From: an uncultured delta proteobacterium
GTDB lineage: Bacteria; Myxococcota; Myxococcia; Myxococcales; Anaeromyxobacteraceae
Length of the DNA: 64,000 nucleotides
Assembly (NCBI GenBank): GCA_963845515.1
Contig: CAWJSR010000010.1
Coordinates: 156,623-220,622 of the forward strand
Direction of reading: 5' to 3'
The translations under genes were made by a program, and so were the position numbers. Under the pieces are notes generated by a model. It was given only the letters and a program-made list of their open reading frames with translations, was not told where the DNA came from and searched no databases. Every line of letters starts with the position of its first letter. Within the stretch, counting starts at the first letter, position 1. Shown piece after piece: positions 60,935-64,000 of the stretch.

Positions 60935-62488
60935 ATGGATCTCGTCAGCCAATTCAACTCGGCGGTCCAGGACAACCTGGCCTCAGTCGGGTCGTTCCGC
61001 CCCGAGCTGGCGCTCACGTTCGGGACGCTGCTCCTGCTCCTCGCCGACGTCGCCTGGCGGAAGAGCAGCGCGCGGCGCACCGTCATGACCGTCGCAGCGC
61101 TCGCGGTCCTCGGCGTCACCGCCGTCCTGCTGGCCTCCCAGCCGGTCAGCGGCGCTCGCCTCTTCAACGGCATGGTCGCCAACGACCCGTTCGGCACCTT
61201 CTTCAAGTGGCTCTTCCTGGGCGCCGGCGGTCTCACGGTCGCGATCGCCGCGCGGGGCATGGACTTCCCCGCGCAGCGCATCGGCCAGTTCTACGCGCTC
61301 CTCGTGTCGGTCGTGCTCGGCATGTTCCTGATGGCGAGCGCGTCCGACCTCCTGATGATGTACATGGCGATCGAGCTCGTCTCGATGGTCAGCTACGCCC
61401 TCGCAGGCTTCAAGAAGGGCGATCGGCGGGCCGCCGAGGCCTCGCTGAAGTACGTCATCTACGGCGGCGTCGCCTCCGGCGTGATGGTCTTCGGCATGAG
61501 CTACCTCTACGGGCTCACGCGGACGACCGACATCTACCGGATCGCGGCCGCGGTCCAGGAGCTCGGGGCGGGCGGCCTGAGCCCCGCGTACAAGATCACC
61601 CTCGTCGTCGCCGTCGTCTTCGTGACGGCCGGGATCGGCTACAAGGTCGCGGCCGTGCCGTGGCACATGTGGTGCCCGGACGTGTACGAGGGCGCCCCGA
61701 CGGTCTTCACGGCGTTCCTCTCCGTCGGCCCGAAGGCGGCCGGCTTCGCGCTGGCGCTCCGCTTCTTCTACACGGCGTTCGCCACGCCCGCCGCGGCGGA
61801 CGGGCTCGCCTCCGCCATCGCGGGCGTTCCCTGGACGGCCGTGGTCGGCGTGATCGCAGCGGTGACGATGACGCTCGGCAACCTGACCGCGCTCTCGCAG
61901 ACCAACCTCAAGCGTCTCCTCGCCTACTCGTCGATCGCACACGCCGGGTACGCGCTGATGGGCGTCGCGGCCCTCTCCGACATGGGCAGGCAGAGCGTGA
62001 TGCTCTACATGCTCATCTACCTGGTGATGAACGTCGGGGCCTTCCTCGTCGTCATCCTGGTGGCGGAGGCGACCGGCTCGGAGTCGATCCTCGACTACCG
62101 CGGCCTCTCGAGGCGGCAGCCCCTGGCGGCGATCTCCCTCGCGATCTTCCTGTTCTCGCTCACGGGCATCCCGCCCTTCGCGGGCTTCGTCGGGAAGTGG
62201 TACCTGTTCTACGCGATCATCGAGCGCATCCCGGGGCCGGGCGGCTTCTGGTACGGCGTGCTGATGGTCATCGCCGCGCTCAACACCGCGATCTCGCTCT
62301 TCTATTACATGCGGATCGTCAGGGCGATGTACATCGACCAGCCCCACACCGAGCCGACGCCGATCAAGGCGCCGATCTTCTACCAGGTGCTGCTCGCCGG
62401 CTTCTCGGTCGCGGTCCTGCTGTTCGGAGTCTGGTGGGCCCCGATGGTCGACTGGACCAAGGCCTCGCTGCAGATGTTCGGGGGCTGA
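60935..62488 (+). CDS. nuoN: Complex I subunit N
   Basis: EASLKY, KVAAVPWHMWCPDVYEGAPT and KRLLAYSSIAHAG. Confidence 0.96.
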   Translation: MDLVSQFNSAVQDNLASVGSFRPELALTFGTLLLLLADVAWRKSSARRTVMTVAALAVLGVTAVLLASQPVSGARLFNGMVANDPFGTFFKWLFLGAGGLTVAIAARGMDFPAQRIGQFYALLVSVVLGMFLMASASDLLMMYMAIELVSMVSYALAGFKKGDRRAAEASLKYVIYGGVASGVMVFGMSYLYGLTRTTDIYRIAAAVQELGAGGLSPAYKITLVVAVVFVTAGIGYKVAAVPWHMWCPDVYEGAPTVFTAFLSVGPKAAGFALALRFFYTAFATPAAADGLASAIAGVPWTAVVGVIAAVTMTLGNLTALSQTNLKRLLAYSSIAHAGYALMGVAALSDMGRQSVMLYMLIYLVMNVGAFLVVILVAEATGSESILDYRGLSRRQPLAAISLAIFLFSLTGIPPFAGFVGKWYLFYAIIERIPGPGGFWYGVLMVIAALNTAISLFYYMRIVRAMYIDQPHTEPTPIKAPIFYQVLLAGFSVAVLLFGVWWAPMVDWTKASLQMFGG

Positions 62489-62498
62489 TCGAGCGGCC

Positions 62499-62575
62499 CC
62501 CTCACCCTTGCCCTCTCCCCCGGTGGGGGAGAGGGGACGGTGGCACGGCACGGCCCTCTCCCCTCGGGAGGGGGC
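62499..62575 (+). repeat. REP-like repeat variant plus a partial second unit between convergent genes
   Basis: CCCTCACCCTTGCCCTCTCCCCCGGTGGGGGAGAGGGGA, then CCCTCTCCCCTCGGGAGGGGG. Confidence 0.75.
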
Positions 62576-62590
62576 CGTTGCCTTTTCTTC

Positions 62591-63424
62591 TCACGGGCGG
62601 AGCGACTCGAGCCGGCGAAGCGCCTCCTCGGTCATCGAGACGGCGCCGAGGCGCCGCCCTGGCGAGACGCTGCCGCCGTGGAAGTCGGAGCCGGCCGTCG
62701 GGACGAGGTCCAGCTCCGCCGCGAGCCGGGCGTACTTGTCGCGCATGGACGGGTTGTGCTCGGGGTGGACGACCTCGATCCCCACGACGCCAGCCGCCCT
62801 GAGCCGCCGCAGCTCTCCCCGCTCCAGCCCCGTGATGCCGGGATGTGCCACCGTGACCGTGCCACCGGCGCCCCGCACGAGCGCGACTGCGTCCGCGGCC
62901 TCCAGCCGGAAGCGCTGCACGTACGCGGGGCGCCCCTCCCCGATGAAGCGATCGAACGCCTCCTTCACCGTGGAGGCAGCGCCGACCTCCACGATGGCCT
63001 TCGCGACGTGGGGCCGGCCGATCGTCTTCCCTCCGGAGTAGCGCTCTATCTGCTCGGCGCGGACGGAGACGCCGAGCTTCGCCAGCTTCTCGATGATGGC
63101 GGCCATGCGCTCGCGCCGCCGCGCCGCGAGGAAGTCCTCGAACTTCTTCAGGGTCTCGTGCACCGGGTCGACGAAGTGACCGAGCAGGTGGATCTCGCGC
63201 TTGTCCAGGAAGGCTGAGAGCTCGAGTCCGGGGACGAAGCGGATCCGGTGATGCCGCGCCGCGTCAGCGGCCGTTTCCAGGGCAGCAACGGTGTCGTGAT
63301 CGCAGAGCCCCCAAACGGTGAGACCAGCTGCCGCGGCACGATCAGCGAGATCGCGGGCGAGGTACTCGCCGTCTGATGCCATCGAGTGAGTGTGGATGTC
63401 GATGATCGTCGCGGGACCGGACAT
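62591..63424 (-). CDS. PHP-domain phosphoesterase, TrpH/YciV-like
   Basis: DIHTHSMASDG, DHDT, GRPH, AHP and GSDFHG. Confidence 0.92.
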   Translation of the reverse strand: MSGPATIIDIHTHSMASDGEYLARDLADRAAAAGLTVWGLCDHDTVAALETAADAARHHRIRFVPGLELSAFLDKREIHLLGHFVDPVHETLKKFEDFLAARRRERMAAIIEKLAKLGVSVRAEQIERYSGGKTIGRPHVAKAIVEVGAASTVKEAFDRFIGEGRPAYVQRFRLEAADAVALVRGAGGTVTVAHPGITGLERGELRRLRAAGVVGIEVVHPEHNPSMRDKYARLAAELDLVPTAGSDFHGGSVSPGRRLGAVSMTEEALRRLESLRP

Positions 63425-63496
63425 TAAGTAGACCTCAGCCGTGCTAGATTACACGTCCTTGACGGCACCATTCGGGGCCCCAACCAAAGAGATCTT

Positions 63497-63979
63497 ATGC
63501 AGCACGTCCTGAGAATCTCCCGAAAGATCGACTACGGCCTTCGCGCGATGATCTACCTCGCGTCGATCCCGAGCGATTCGGTCATCCCCTTCCGGGAGAT
63601 CGCGCGACAGATGGACGTGCCCGAGGACTTCCTCGCGAAGATCCTCAAGACCCTGGTGGACCAGGGGCTCGTCCGCTCCACGCGTGGACCGCACGGTGGC
63701 TATGCCCTGGCGCGCGCGGCGATCGACGTCAGCTTCCTCGACGTGATCGAGGCGGTGGAGGGGCCGGTCGCCCTCAACGTGTGCCTCGATGGGGAGGACG
63801 CCTGCGGGCACTCCACCGCCTGCACGATGGTCCAGGTCTGGCGCCAGGGACAGGAGCGGATGCTCGACGTCTACAGGCAGTCGAAGCTCTCCGATCTGGC
63901 CTTCAAGCCGACCTCGGACGGCCACATCGGCCTCGTGCAGCTGAGCGCCGCAGCGAACCGACCCGTCACGGTGGTCTGA
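63497..63979 (+). CDS. Rrf2-family transcriptional regulator with three Cys, likely Fe-S binding
   Basis: DYGLRAM, FLAKIL, STRGPHGGY, VIEAVEG and CLDGEDACGHSTAC. Confidence 0.92.
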   Translation: MQHVLRISRKIDYGLRAMIYLASIPSDSVIPFREIARQMDVPEDFLAKILKTLVDQGLVRSTRGPHGGYALARAAIDVSFLDVIEAVEGPVALNVCLDGEDACGHSTACTMVQVWRQGQERMLDVYRQSKLSDLAFKPTSDGHIGLVQLSAAANRPVTVV

Positions 63980-64000
63980 TCCACTCTCTCCCTCACCCTT

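Overview
Very GC-rich chromosomal window (above 70% by eye). Gene content and order point to an Anaeromyxobacter-like myxobacterium; this is inferred, not searched. (1) 1-7.2 kb: an accessory membrane-lipid locus encoding two glycosyltransferases, a GNAT, a PlsC-type acyltransferase, a ureohydrolase, a CBS-domain histidine kinase, PsiE and a PAP2 phosphatase. Four of its promoters share a Pho-box-like 11-bp-periodic layout, so it is a candidate phosphate-starvation system for making phosphorus-free lipids. (2) A toxin-antitoxin islet: DUF4160 remnant, DUF2442, vapBC. (3) Housekeeping genes recJ, secF-secD-yajC, tgt and queA. (4) A lipoprotein diheme c-type cytochrome whose two heme domains are separated by six 45-aa Cys-rich repeats resembling thrombospondin repeats. 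(5) A signalling block: rel, two zinc-ribbon/FHA/FHA proteins, a Ser/Thr kinase, dksA and a diadenylate-cyclase-domain protein. (6) moaB, polX and ampG. (7) Two divergent, back-to-back complex I clusters, nuoABCD-G-HI (minus) and nuoABCD-HIJKLMN (plus). No nuoEF is present and there is only one membrane arm. A PHP gene and an Fe-S Rrf2 regulator follow. Several genes, including nuoD2, carry single-base frameshifts that are most simply explained as assembly indels. An intergenic palindromic repeat family recurs. No rRNA, tRNA, CRISPR array or transposase was recognised.
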